Positions 27,918-37,704 of a DNA stretch of 64,000 nucleotides are shown here, piece after piece. Numbering within the stretch: position 1 is the first letter of the stretch; every line of letters starts with the position of its first letter. Source of the DNA: a virus (lineage: Duplodnaviria; Caudoviricetes); the IMG/VR virus record IMGVR_UViG_3300032286_000437, positions 1,802 to 65,801 of that record. One strand, 5' to 3'. A model generated the notes under the pieces. The model did not search any database. It saw only the letters and a program-made list of their open reading frames with translations, and was not told where the DNA came from. Made by a program: the position numbers and the translations under genes.

Positions 27918-28202
27918 ATGGCTACTAAAAAACCAAACATACAATTAAGACAAGGAACAGAATCACAGTTCGTAGCTAAAAATACAATTCTAGGGTCTGG
28001 CGAACCATCTTTTGCTACAGACACTAAGATTATAAAAATTGGTGATAATTCAACATCATGGACAAATCTACCAAATACTGTAATTAGTAATATAAGTGGA
28101 ATTACAAACGCTTCTGGCGTGTATAACATTGTATCTTTAAGCTCATCTGATTATAATAGCTTAGGCACAAAAGACCCCAAAACACTATATCTTATAAAGT
28201 AG
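27918..28202 (+). CDS. Short fibre adaptor (Mtd-type N-anchor + TLYLI tail motif)
   Basis: IQLRQG..ILGSGEP..KIGD..WTNLP; YNSLGTKDPKTLYLIK. Confidence 0.7.
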   Translation: MATKKPNIQLRQGTESQFVAKNTILGSGEPSFATDTKIIKIGDNSTSWTNLPNTVISNISGITNASGVYNIVSLSSSDYNSLGTKDPKTLYLIK

Positions 28203-28206
28203 TAGT

Positions 28207-29988
28207 ATGTCTATAAAAATTGGAGCTACTGACATTACCGGATTATATCTTGGTAATATGCAAATATCAACAGCGTATGTTGGTAGTTCTTTAGTATATA
28301 CTTCTGGCACAACTACCACAACGGCAGTACCCACTACGACCACCACTACCACTACAACGACCACCACTACCACAACGGCAGCACCAACCACAACAACTAC
28401 TACAACCACTACCACCACGCTTGCGCCAACCACCACAACCACAACCACAACCACCACAACCACCACGCTCGCGCCAACTACCACGACAACCACTACAACC
28501 ACGGTAGCACCAACTACCACTACCACTACCACTACCACTACCACTACCACTACTACGACAACGGCTGCGCCAACCACTACAACGACCACCACCACCACCA
28601 CCACCACTACTACTACAACGACCACCACTACCACGACCACGACAACGGCTGCGCCATCTGGTGGAGAAAACTATTTCTCAGAGGTTGAACTATTACTACA
28701 TGGAGATTCCCTAGTAGACTCTTCTAGATATGGTCGAACAATAACTGTTGGTGGAGGTTCCGCAGCTATAAGCACATCAGAAAAATATTTTGGATCTGGA
28801 AGTCTTTATTTGCCATCAAATAGTAGTTATTTCTCAATATCCAGTAATGCTAACGCATTTTATATGAGTGATAATTTTACTATAGAATGGTGGCAGTATT
28901 TAACATCTTATGGTTCTAGCACGGCGGCTGGGGTTATATCAGGACCAACCATAGGAACCTATTTTCGTTTAGGGTGGAATATATCTTCATCAAATAGTTT
29001 AACATTGGGGGTTTCAAACACTGTTGTCTTCACGGGAGCAACACCCACAGCAAATCAATGGCAGCATATTGCAATTTCTAGAACTGATAGCACAAACCGT
29101 TTGTATATTAATGGCACACTCATTAATACTCAAACTGATCGCACCGCACATCTCGTAGACCCAACATCAATAAGAATAGGTTTTCAAACGTTTGTTAATA
29201 GTATTGTGGGATACGTAGACGATTTCCGCTGGACCTGTGGATCAAATCGTGGATATACTGGTTCAACAATAACAGTTCCAACAGCAGCATTCCCAGACTC
29301 TCAAGGAACTAGTCCCTTTGCTGTAGTTTTAACTAAGGGAGAAACAAGCTTTACAGTTCCTGCCGGATTCACTAGTATGAAAGCTTGGGCGGTTGGTGGC
29401 GGTGGTTCAAACGGCAATATGTTAACCGGTGGTGCTGGCGGTTGTGCTTACAAAACGTGGAGTGTCACTGGTGGCAGTTCTGTAACTATGTCCATAGGTG
29501 CTGGTGGCCCTTCTTCGGGTAGTGCGTCAACGTCTGGTCAGGGTGGAAACACAACGGTGACATATGGCGGCGTTACGATAACCGGACAGGGCGGTAGCCA
29601 AGGTTCCACGGGCGCTGCGGGCCTTGTACGAACGGGCGGCTCGTTCTCTGGCGGTGATGGTGGCGCTACTGGCGGGGCTGGTGTCGGCACTTATTACACA
29701 GACGGTGATAATTACGGAGGCGCTGTTGGCGGCAACGGAGTTTCTACTGGAACATGCAAACGTAGAATCATGACAGATATAAGTGGATTAAAGGCTGCAC
29801 TTACTCTAGCTGGAATGTCTACCACAGAAACTTGCGGCGGGGCTGGATCTTTTGGGGCAGGAAGTGCTGGTAATAAATACGGCCATGTATCCCCCGGTAT
29901 TGGCGGTGGCGGTTGTATGGATACCATTGGCGGTGGAACGTGGGGAGAGGCGGGCGGTAATGGTGCAGTGGTCTTGTATTTCTCGTAA
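28207..29988 (+). CDS. Fibre/adhesin: mucin-like poly-Thr stalk, LamG/ConA lectin domain, Gly-rich domain
   Basis: FTIEWW..WQHIAISR..LYING..GYVDDFR; AVGGGG..GGAGG..GGNGAVVL. Confidence 0.8.
   Translation: MSIKIGATDITGLYLGNMQISTAYVGSSLVYTSGTTTTTAVPTTTTTTTTTTTTTTTAAPTTTTTTTTTTTLAPTTTTTTTTTTTTTLAPTTTTTTTTTVAPTTTTTTTTTTTTTTTTTAAPTTTTTTTTTTTTTTTTTTTTTTTTTAAPSGGENYFSEVELLLHGDSLVDSSRYGRTITVGGGSAAISTSEKYFGSGSLYLPSNSSYFSISSNANAFYMSDNFTIEWWQYLTSYGSSTAAGVISGPTIGTYFRLGWNISSSNSLTLGVSNTVVFTGATPTANQWQHIAISRTDSTNRLYINGTLINTQTDRTAHLVDPTSIRIGFQTFVNSIVGYVDDFRWTCGSNRGYTGSTITVPTAAFPDSQGTSPFAVVLTKGETSFTVPAGFTSMKAWAVGGGGSNGNMLTGGAGGCAYKTWSVTGGSSVTMSIGAGGPSSGSASTSGQGGNTTVTYGGVTITGQGGSQGSTGAAGLVRTGGSFSGGDGGATGGAGVGTYYTDGDNYGGAVGGNGVSTGTCKRRIMTDISGLKAALTLAGMSTTETCGGAGSFGAGSAGNKYGHVSPGIGGGGCMDTIGGGTWGEAGGNGAVVLYFS
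28309..28656 (+). repeat. Mucin-like (ACN)n poly-Thr tract punctuated by AP
   Basis: About 115 codons of Tn-(A/L/V)AP units. Confidence 0.95.
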
Positions 29989-29999
29989 AGGTATTTATA

Positions 30000-30503
30000 A
30001 TGGGCGAAATTTTAAGAACACCTTCTGGTAAAGCTATGTTGCTAACACCACGATCTGCTAGTCATTCGATGGCTTTAGCAGCTTTAGAATCATTTTGGCC
30101 AGATAAATTAGCTGAATATAATTCTGCTCAAGGTTCCCCACACCCAGCAAATTATCTTCCATCGTATGAAGCTTTTGTGGGTCAAACAGATTTAGCTATC
30201 ATACTAAGAAATCCAGTAGAAAGATTTCGTTCAACGTGCGCTCATAGACCACAAATATCTATAGAACAACATTTAACTAATTCATTTTATAAGCCACTCC
30301 CACAGGGTCAATGGGTTAGAATATTCTTATTTGAAACTCAACTGCAAGAATGTGCTGATTGGTTAGGTATTACCGCCCCACTTGAACAAGTAGACCCAAC
30401 CGAACAAAATAATAAGCCAATATTAACATTAGAACAAGAAAATATAGTCAAACAAATATATTCTAATGATATGGCCCTATGGGAATCTCTTCAAACAAAC
30501 TAA
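30000..30503 (+). CDS. Sulfotransferase-family-like protein
   Basis: LTPRSASHS resembles PKTGxTS (5'-PSB loop); LRNPVERFRS resembles RNPxxRxxS (3'-PB); IYSNDMALW. Confidence 0.65.
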   Translation: MGEILRTPSGKAMLLTPRSASHSMALAALESFWPDKLAEYNSAQGSPHPANYLPSYEAFVGQTDLAIILRNPVERFRSTCAHRPQISIEQHLTNSFYKPLPQGQWVRIFLFETQLQECADWLGITAPLEQVDPTEQNNKPILTLEQENIVKQIYSNDMALWESLQTN

Positions 30504-30513
30504 GGAGTAAATT

Positions 30514-30732
30514 ATGGCAATAACAACAGTAGACGTAGTAAGAAACACTGTAACAAGTAATGAAACAATAAGCAACGGTTCTTGCGTAGTATATTGCCCA
30601 CCAACGGGCGCTTATAAAGCTATAGCAGCGACATTTCAAGGTAGTTTCACATATAATCAGTTAGAAACAAAATACACTAGCAGATTCGATAATATTAACT
30701 ATTATAACAGCGTTAACGGTGGAACCCCATGA
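30514..30732 (+). CDS. Hypothetical protein
   Basis: AAGGAG RBS. Confidence 0.6.
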   Translation: MAITTVDVVRNTVTSNETISNGSCVVYCPPTGAYKAIAATFQGSFTYNQLETKYTSRFDNINYYNSVNGGTP

Positions 30733-31031
30733 GAAATTATTTAGCAATTTGTTTATTGGTTTTTTGTGGGTGCAATAGCGTTGTTTGTAAATCTCTTCCT
30801 ACGGGAGAGATAACAGATATGTATGCATCTTATATTGACGATTGGAAGCAAGAAGCAAAAGTTGCTTTTAACGAAGCAGAAGCAAAAGTATTTGTAGTCG
30901 CTCCAAAACCGGACAATATTGTGGGTCCAGATCCAGACCCAGCAAAATGTGTTTGCAAAGGAACCGGGATTATTGTCCAAGGAGATGGACACAAAACAGC
31001 CTGTCCATTTCACAGTAAATCACAGAAATAA
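30729..31031 (+). CDS. Putative lipoprotein with C-terminal Zn-finger-like motif
   Basis: Lipobox-like FCGC; CVCKGTG..CPFH. Confidence 0.6.
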   Translation: MRNYLAICLLVFCGCNSVVCKSLPTGEITDMYASYIDDWKQEAKVAFNEAEAKVFVVAPKPDNIVGPDPDPAKCVCKGTGIIVQGDGHKTACPFHSKSQK

Positions 31032-31045
31032 TTTAGGAGATTAAA

Positions 31046-31360
31046 ATGAATATTGAAGTTGTTCTTAGGATTTTAGCAATTGTTACTGGCCTATTATTGG
31101 TAGCATCATTCTATTGGGTAGATTTTAATTACCTTTTAGCCAAGATGTTACTCAAGAAAAAGCCAGTAGTAGAAAAAGAAACCGAGTCCGTAGATAATGG
31201 TGATCAATTTTTACACATTATTGATCTGTGGTATAAACTACGTGCCGAATGCGTAGACGCTAAACTAGATTCTGCTACAGAAAAGCTAGACGAAGTTTTC
31301 CCACTTTTAAACAGAACTGAAACTACAATTACTCCGGTTCCAGTAGCAAAGGTAGAATAA
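31046..31360 (+). CDS. Membrane protein
   Basis: AGGAG RBS; N-terminal TM. Confidence 0.65.
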   Translation: MNIEVVLRILAIVTGLLLVASFYWVDFNYLLAKMLLKKKPVVEKETESVDNGDQFLHIIDLWYKLRAECVDAKLDSATEKLDEVFPLLNRTETTITPVPVAKVE

Positions 31361-31361
31361 A

Positions 31362-31823
31362 ATGGTTAAAAAAATAATTGCAGCACTACTAATTGCTTAC
31401 GGTATTTTTGGATTAGATTTTCTTAAATATATTCCAGTACCAACTCCTCCACATCCAGAACCAGTAGTAATATTAAATGTAGATAAGCCAAGTCAAGAAG
31501 TTATAGACTCTGTTAAAGGTTTATCATCTGTCGTTACAGACCCATCAGACAGGGCTAAAATAGCAATCTTCAATTATGAATTTGCTACAAAGGTTAAGGG
31601 ATATGAAACAAATTTACAGCAAGTAAATGATGTGTACACTTTAGCCGGTAAAACCTTTTTTAAAGAAGAACTGGTTGGTAAATACAAAGGACTAGGCGAT
31701 GCTATCATTAAACTAATATCAAAACTTGTTTCAGACGATAATCATGATCTAACACAGGCAGAAAAAGATAAGATTAGCGAACACTTCATGGGACTGTCTT
31801 GGTCTTTACTACAAAAAGAGTAA
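31362..31823 (+). CDS. Membrane-anchored/secreted protein
   Basis: N-terminal hydrophobic helix + Pro-rich linker. Confidence 0.65.
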   Translation: MVKKIIAALLIAYGIFGLDFLKYIPVPTPPHPEPVVILNVDKPSQEVIDSVKGLSSVVTDPSDRAKIAIFNYEFATKVKGYETNLQQVNDVYTLAGKTFFKEELVGKYKGLGDAIIKLISKLVSDDNHDLTQAEKDKISEHFMGLSWSLLQKE

Positions 31824-31827
31824 TAAT

Positions 31828-32463
31828 ATGAGCTATGACATAAGCAAAATAAAAGATATAATAACGTCAATTTTCTCAGACACTGGATATAAAACCAGCG
31901 CCATATCTTTTAAATGTCCTTCTCCAGTTGGCGTATCTATAGCAAACCTAAAAGAAGGTATCAGTATAGATTTCTTAAACACTAAAAACTTACCAACTGC
32001 TACCGTTGAAAAATTAATCAAATTCAACTTGAGCATACTTGGAGTTCACTTAGGGGAAACGGGTGGCGTAATTAAAATCAAGTTTTTCCCAGATATTAAA
32101 TTTGATTACAATGGCACAATGAAATTTGGTGATTCAAACAATATGGCCTACGAAATGATTTCTAAAGAAATCGAGTCTGAGTATGGCGACCCAGAAAGAA
32201 AAAAAATTGCTCAAAGATGCTTGCAATATGGTAGCGAATGGGCTACAATAGTCAGTGCTTCTCAAACAGAACCAGTGACTTACTCAGAAAGAGATAAAAG
32301 AAAGCTAAGAAAACAGTGCTATAATTTCATATATGAGAATATAAAAAATGACAAAGAAATTGAGTGTGGCTTTGTTATCTTAAGCGTTATACTCTTAAAC
32401 TTTGTTTTGCCAGTGATAATTGGTTGGATAGTTACAAAAATATTGAACCACTGGTTTAATTAA
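31828..32463 (+). CDS. Hypothetical protein with C-terminal TM
   Basis: FVILSVILLNFVLPVIIGWIV. Confidence 0.6.
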   Translation: MSYDISKIKDIITSIFSDTGYKTSAISFKCPSPVGVSIANLKEGISIDFLNTKNLPTATVEKLIKFNLSILGVHLGETGGVIKIKFFPDIKFDYNGTMKFGDSNNMAYEMISKEIESEYGDPERKKIAQRCLQYGSEWATIVSASQTEPVTYSERDKRKLRKQCYNFIYENIKNDKEIECGFVILSVILLNFVLPVIIGWIVTKILNHWFN

Positions 32464-32501
32464 TCAATCTTACACGATTTAACAAAAACGATAGGGATAA
32501 T

Positions 32502-34730
32502 ATGCAAGTTCAGAAAAGGAATGGAAGTGTCGAGAAGTACAATGTAGAAAAAATTCACAAGGTGGTAGAGTGGGCGATCAAGGACATAAATAATGTTTCT
32601 TGGTCAGATATAGAAATGAATGCCAAGCTCTCTCTTAGAGATGGTATAGCCACTCAAGAAATTCACCAAATTCTAGTCAAGTCAGCGAATGATCTAACTT
32701 CGCCCGCAAAGCCAAACTATCAATACGTCGCTTCTAGATTATTAAATATGTCTTTACGTAAAGACTTGTGGGAGAAGTACGACAGTCCTCCCTCTTTATC
32801 TGCCCATATTAAGTCAAACATTGAAAAAGGGATTTATGATCCTGCATTGTTTGAGAAGTGGTCAAAGGAAGATATTAAAGAGATAGAATCCTGCATTGAT
32901 CACGATAGAGACTATCTATACACATATGCTGGTTTACAGCAAATGATAGATAAATATCTCGTTAAGAACAGAGCAACGGGGGAGATGTATGAAACCCCAC
33001 AGTTTGCATACATGGCTATAGCTATGGCTTTATTCAATGTTGTTGACGAAGTTAAGGATGCCTACGAATGCTTCTCTACATTTAAAATTAATCTTCCTAC
33101 ACCAATAATGGCTGGCGTAAGAACTAAAATCAAACAGTTCGCTAGCTGCGTATTAGTAGACGTTGAAGACGATTTAGATTCTATTTTTGCTAGTATTCAC
33201 GCTGTTGGTAAATATACTGCTCGTCGTGCAGGCATTGGTTTGAATATTGGTCGAATTCGCCCAATCAATTCTAGTATTCGCGGTGGAGAAGTTATACATA
33301 CTGGACTTATTCCCTACCTTAAGATTTTCGAATCTACTGTAAAAGCCACAAGTCAAAACGGTATTAGGGGCGGTTCAGCGACTGTGCATGTTCCTTTCTG
33401 GCACTATGAAATAGAAGATATTATTTGCTTAAAGAATAACGCTGGCACCGACGATAATAGAGTTCGTAAGTTAGACTACTCTGTTCAGTTTAATAAATTA
33501 TTTTACGAACGACTTATTAAGAATGAAGATATCACTCTATTTAGCCCAGAAGAAACCTGTGGCTTGTATAGTTCTATGAATAATAATGAAGATTTCAAGA
33601 AACTGTATGAGAAATATGAGAGTGCCAGAACCATCAAGATGAAAAAGAAAATTAATGCTAGAAAACTAGCTGAAATTTTCACAAAAGAAAGACTAGAAAC
33701 TGGACGCATTTATGTTATGAACATTGACAATGCTAATGAGCATGGATCATGGGATGTGCCAGTTTATATGAGCAATCTATGTCAAGAGATCATTCATCCA
33801 ACTAAGCCAATAAAGTCTATCGATGATAAAGAGGGCGAAATTGGAATTTGTATCCTATCAGCACTAAACCTAACAGAGCTAGATAATGATGACGATATCG
33901 CTAGTGCTTGTAGGATTGCAGTAAGAACTTTAGAGTCAGTTATAGATTACCAAGACTATCCAGTTGCTGCTGGGGAAAATTTTACAAAAAACCGTAGATC
34001 GTTAGGTATTGGAGTCACCAACCTAGCGGGTTATCTAGCCAAGCACAAGCTTAAGTATAATGACCCAGAAACACTACCGTTAGTACATTCTATGATTGAA
34101 AAAATTCAGTGGAATTTACTAAATGAGTCATGTCGCTTGGCAGCAGAGCTTGGGCCTTGTAGCAAGTTTAATGAAACAAAATATTCCAAGGGGCTGTTAC
34201 CACTAGATTGGTACAAAAAAACAGTTGACGAACTGGTTAAGCCAGAGTACCATATGGATTGGGAAGGTCTTAGGGCCAGAATTAAACAGTACGGGCTAAG
34301 ACATTCCACCCTTACAGCTATTATGCCCTGTGAGTCCTCTAGCGTCATCCAGAACAGCACTAACGGAATTGAACCTGTCAGAAGCCTACTTTCTTACAAG
34401 AAGGCTAAGAATGGCGTTTTAAAGCAATTGGTGCCAAACTATGCGTCACGCAAAAACTACTATACGCTAGCTTGGGAAATGGAAGACAACAAAGCTATAC
34501 TTAATATCTGTGCAATTTTACAGAAATTCGTAGATATGAGTATTAGTGTGAATTTATACTATAACTATGCTCACTTTCCAGATGGTAATATACCCTTGAG
34601 TGTTTTAATCAAAGACCAAATTTATGGGTATAAATATGGTGTAAAGAACTTTTATTACTGCAATACTCCAGATGGCGATGGTCAAACAGAAAAATCCTCC
34701 GGTTGTGAATCTGGATCTTGTTCAATATGA
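32502..34730 (+). CDS. nrdA: Ribonucleotide reductase class Ia alpha subunit
   Basis: ATP cone VQKRNG, SCVL, SNLCQEI, C-terminal CESGSC; uninterrupted. Confidence 0.97.
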   Translation: MQVQKRNGSVEKYNVEKIHKVVEWAIKDINNVSWSDIEMNAKLSLRDGIATQEIHQILVKSANDLTSPAKPNYQYVASRLLNMSLRKDLWEKYDSPPSLSAHIKSNIEKGIYDPALFEKWSKEDIKEIESCIDHDRDYLYTYAGLQQMIDKYLVKNRATGEMYETPQFAYMAIAMALFNVVDEVKDAYECFSTFKINLPTPIMAGVRTKIKQFASCVLVDVEDDLDSIFASIHAVGKYTARRAGIGLNIGRIRPINSSIRGGEVIHTGLIPYLKIFESTVKATSQNGIRGGSATVHVPFWHYEIEDIICLKNNAGTDDNRVRKLDYSVQFNKLFYERLIKNEDITLFSPEETCGLYSSMNNNEDFKKLYEKYESARTIKMKKKINARKLAEIFTKERLETGRIYVMNIDNANEHGSWDVPVYMSNLCQEIIHPTKPIKSIDDKEGEIGICILSALNLTELDNDDDIASACRIAVRTLESVIDYQDYPVAAGENFTKNRRSLGIGVTNLAGYLAKHKLKYNDPETLPLVHSMIEKIQWNLLNESCRLAAELGPCSKFNETKYSKGLLPLDWYKKTVDELVKPEYHMDWEGLRARIKQYGLRHSTLTAIMPCESSSVIQNSTNGIEPVRSLLSYKKAKNGVLKQLVPNYASRKNYYTLAWEMEDNKAILNICAILQKFVDMSISVNLYYNYAHFPDGNIPLSVLIKDQIYGYKYGVKNFYYCNTPDGDGQTEKSSGCESGSCSI

Positions 34731-34740
34731 GGAATATAGT

Positions 34741-35145
34741 ATGAAAAAATCCGATCTTATCTATAAAGTTGATGCTAAAATAGAATGCCCGCCAGCAACT
34801 CAGGACATTAAGGTAAATCTAAAAAATAGACAAACCGCTATTGATGTAGCAAATTATGGTCCAGCTAATCCAAATAATGATGATGAGAAATACTGGAAGA
34901 AAAAAGCTAATCAGTTTAAAACTTCAGTTGATCAAGCTAAAACAATGAGATGCTCTAATTGTGCAGCTTTTATAATAAAAGAAAAAATGATAAATTGTAT
35001 TCAAAAAGGATTAGCATCAGAAATGGAAGACGCTAAAAAAATTATTAATTTAGCAGATTTAGGTTATTGTGAATTATTCGATTTTAAATGCGCTGGTAGT
35101 AGAACGTGTGACGCTTGGGTTGTAAATGGTCCTCTTAAAGATTAG
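34741..35145 (+). CDS. Cys-rich hypothetical protein between nrdA and nrdB
   Basis: CSNC..GYCELFDFKCAGSRTCDAW. Confidence 0.65.
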   Translation: MKKSDLIYKVDAKIECPPATQDIKVNLKNRQTAIDVANYGPANPNNDDEKYWKKKANQFKTSVDQAKTMRCSNCAAFIIKEKMINCIQKGLASEMEDAKKIINLADLGYCELFDFKCAGSRTCDAWVVNGPLKD

Positions 35146-35157
35146 TAGAGAAAATAT

Positions 35158-36234
35158 ATGAAAACAATTTTGAATAAAACTAACGTAGATTATCTTTCAC
35201 AACCCCTATTTCTAGGAGAAGACCTGTCTTTGCAAAGATATGATAAGTTTAAATATCCAGTATTCTTTGATCTCTTTAAGAAACAAATGGAATTTTTTTG
35301 GAGGCCAGAAGAAATTGAATTGAAAAAGGATAGAAACGATTTTAAGAATGACGATATAATGTCAGAGAATGAACGTTTCATCTTTACGTCTAATTTGAAA
35401 TATCAAACTATGATGGATAGTGTTATTTGTCGTGGAGTTCCAACGCTACTAGAATATGTTTCTAATCCAGAACTAGAAGCATGTATGAATGTCTGGCAAT
35501 TTTTTGAACAAATCCATAGTTATAGCTACACGTATATTATTAAAAACGTGTATAGCAACCCAAGTGATATTTTGGATAGTTGCCTTACAGACAAAGAGAT
35601 TTTAAAACGAGCAAATGTCGCCATCAAGGAATATAACACTTTAAGAGACTTGAAGAAGTCTGGAACAGTAAAAGATCTCAAGAAACAAATATACTTAACG
35701 CTAGTTAGTGTAAATATACTTGAATCTGTTCGTTTTTATGTTTCATTTATCTGCGCTTTTGCTTTTGCAGAGAATAAGAAAATGATTGGGAATGCTGATA
35801 TAATTAAGCTCATCAAAAGAGATGAAGCTTTGCATCTATATAATACCCAAGAAATTCTTAAGATTTTACATACAGTACCAGAAGAGGGATTTACTAAAAT
35901 AGTAGAAGAATGCCAAGAAGATGCTATAAAGATGTTTGAATCAGCAGCGGCAGAAGAAAAAGCTTGGTCAGAGTATCTCTTCAAAGATGGTTCTATTATT
36001 GGGCTTAATGAAAAAGTTATGGCTCAGTATGTAGATTGGCTTTGTATGACAAGAAGAAAAAATATAGATCTACCATACGAAAAATGTAAAAATCCAATTG
36101 CTGGGTGGACTGATCCGTGGATGAATAGCGAAGCAGTACAAGTTGCACCACAAGAACATGAAATTACTTCATATAAAATTGGTGCAAGTAAGAATGATCT
36201 TGAAGATATTGACTTGGAAGGATATAATCTATGA
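35158..36234 (+). CDS. nrdB: Ribonucleotide reductase class Ia beta subunit
   Basis: FWRPEE, EQIHSYSY, LESVRFYVSF, RDEALH, VAPQE. Confidence 0.97.
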   Translation: MKTILNKTNVDYLSQPLFLGEDLSLQRYDKFKYPVFFDLFKKQMEFFWRPEEIELKKDRNDFKNDDIMSENERFIFTSNLKYQTMMDSVICRGVPTLLEYVSNPELEACMNVWQFFEQIHSYSYTYIIKNVYSNPSDILDSCLTDKEILKRANVAIKEYNTLRDLKKSGTVKDLKKQIYLTLVSVNILESVRFYVSFICAFAFAENKKMIGNADIIKLIKRDEALHLYNTQEILKILHTVPEEGFTKIVEECQEDAIKMFESAAAEEKAWSEYLFKDGSIIGLNEKVMAQYVDWLCMTRRKNIDLPYEKCKNPIAGWTDPWMNSEAVQVAPQEHEITSYKIGASKNDLEDIDLEGYNL

Positions 36235-36650
36235 TAAGCGTTAAGCTACTTGAAAATAATGCCAAGATGCCTACAAGAGCTAACGTCAATGATGCTGGTT
36301 GGGATTTATACTCAACCGTAGATACAGTCATTCCATCCAAACAACGAAAAACTGTCAAGACGGGGATAGCACTAGAGATGCCAGAACATATGGCTGGATT
36401 AATTTGGCCACGATCTGGACTATCTGTAAAACAGGGAATCGATGTGTTAGCTGGAGTTGTAGACTCTGGCTATAGAGGAGAAATCATGGTTTGTTTATAC
36501 AATACATCAGATGAAAATGTATCATTAAACTGTGGGGATAGAATCGCGCAGATTATATTCCAAGAGGTTCCTCGCGTCATGATGATTAATCAAGAAGAGC
36601 TAGGTTCCTCGCAACGGGGAGATAACGGCTTTGGCAGCAGCGGCAAATAA
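36231..36650 (+). CDS. dut: dUTPase (trimeric)
   Basis: AGWDL, RSGL, GVVDSGYRGE, RIAQ, RGDNGFGSSG. Confidence 0.96.
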   Translation: MISVKLLENNAKMPTRANVNDAGWDLYSTVDTVIPSKQRKTVKTGIALEMPEHMAGLIWPRSGLSVKQGIDVLAGVVDSGYRGEIMVCLYNTSDENVSLNCGDRIAQIIFQEVPRVMMINQEELGSSQRGDNGFGSSGK

Positions 36651-37332
36651 AAAATATGACAATTCGAAGAACACCAATAAAGACAATCGTAAGAAACAAA
36701 AAGTATCACAGTCAAATGTTCTTGTCGCCAAAACGGAGAATCAAAAAGAATATATAAGATCTATTGTAGAAAATGATGTTACATTCTGCACTGGACCGTC
36801 TGGTACTGGCAAATCTTTTATAGCTGCCGGTATTGCCTCTGACCATATTCAGAAGGATAAAATTGATAATATCATTGTAACTAGGCCACTTGTCTGTACT
36901 GGTAAAGACATTGGATCATTACCGGGAGAATTAAATGATAAAATCAAACCTTATCTGGCCCCAATGGAAGAAAATCTTAAGTATTTTCTAGGAAGAGATA
37001 AATTTGGATTATATTATAATACCAGAAGAATTCGTTTTGAACCATTAGAAACCATGCGAGGGGCAACCTTTCATAATGCCTATATGATTCTTGACGAAGC
37101 TCAGAACTGTACCCTTGATCAAATCAAGATGTTTATTACAAGAATGGGCGAGAATTCTAAGGTAATTATTAACGGTGATACTAAGCAAACGGACCTATAT
37201 AGAGATAGTGGATTATATTACTGTCTTGAAAGACTTGCTGGATTGCAAGGTATAGGAATTTGCACTTTAGATTACCAAGATATCCAAAGAAATGGTATAA
37301 TAGGAAGGGTCTTAATGGCTTTAGAATCATAA
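36631..37332 (+). CDS. phoH: PhoH-family ATPase (start uncertain)
   Basis: GPSGTGKS, LPG, MRGATF, LDEAQN, GDTKQTD. Confidence 0.93.
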   Translation: MAAAANKKYDNSKNTNKDNRKKQKVSQSNVLVAKTENQKEYIRSIVENDVTFCTGPSGTGKSFIAAGIASDHIQKDKIDNIIVTRPLVCTGKDIGSLPGELNDKIKPYLAPMEENLKYFLGRDKFGLYYNTRRIRFEPLETMRGATFHNAYMILDEAQNCTLDQIKMFITRMGENSKVIINGDTKQTDLYRDSGLYYCLERLAGLQGIGICTLDYQDIQRNGIIGRVLMALES

Positions 37333-37341
37333 GGAAAACAT

Positions 37342-37704
37342 ATGCTGTACGATTATTCTTGCGAGGAATGTGGACACGAACTACGCGATGTTCACCAATC
37401 CATCAAAGACGATGCTCTAATTACGTGTCCAAGCTGTGGAAAAGATGGTCTACAGCGGGTAATATATGGTGGGATAGCGACCTTTGTTAAAGACGTTAAA
37501 ACGTTAGGACAGATAGGTGATAGAAATTGGTCTAATATGGGCCACTACAAAAGGTCGGAAATTGAAACAGAAGCGAAGGAGAAGAGTGAGAAGGAAACTC
37601 CTTACTTTTCTTCCTTCGGTTCTGATACGCCAGCAAGCAGTAAAGAAATCAACAAGATGACCGCTGCTCAGAAAAAAAAATATATTATGGAAGGAAAGAA
37701 ATGA
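37342..37704 (+). CDS. FmdB-family zinc-ribbon protein
   Basis: YDYSCEECG..CPSCG. Confidence 0.8.
   Translation: MLYDYSCEECGHELRDVHQSIKDDALITCPSCGKDGLQRVIYGGIATFVKDVKTLGQIGDRNWSNMGHYKRSEIETEAKEKSEKETPYFSSFGSDTPASSKEINKMTAAQKKKYIMEGKK

Noticed and set aside
28200-28209. Stop-codon readthrough or reassignment fusing adaptor and fibre
   Set aside because: The downstream ATG is in a different frame; TAG and TGA end genes normally elsewhere and conserved genes are not fragmented
28185-28640. Poly-Val antisense ORFs (also 24394-24765)
   Set aside because: Mirror images of poly-Thr ACN repeats
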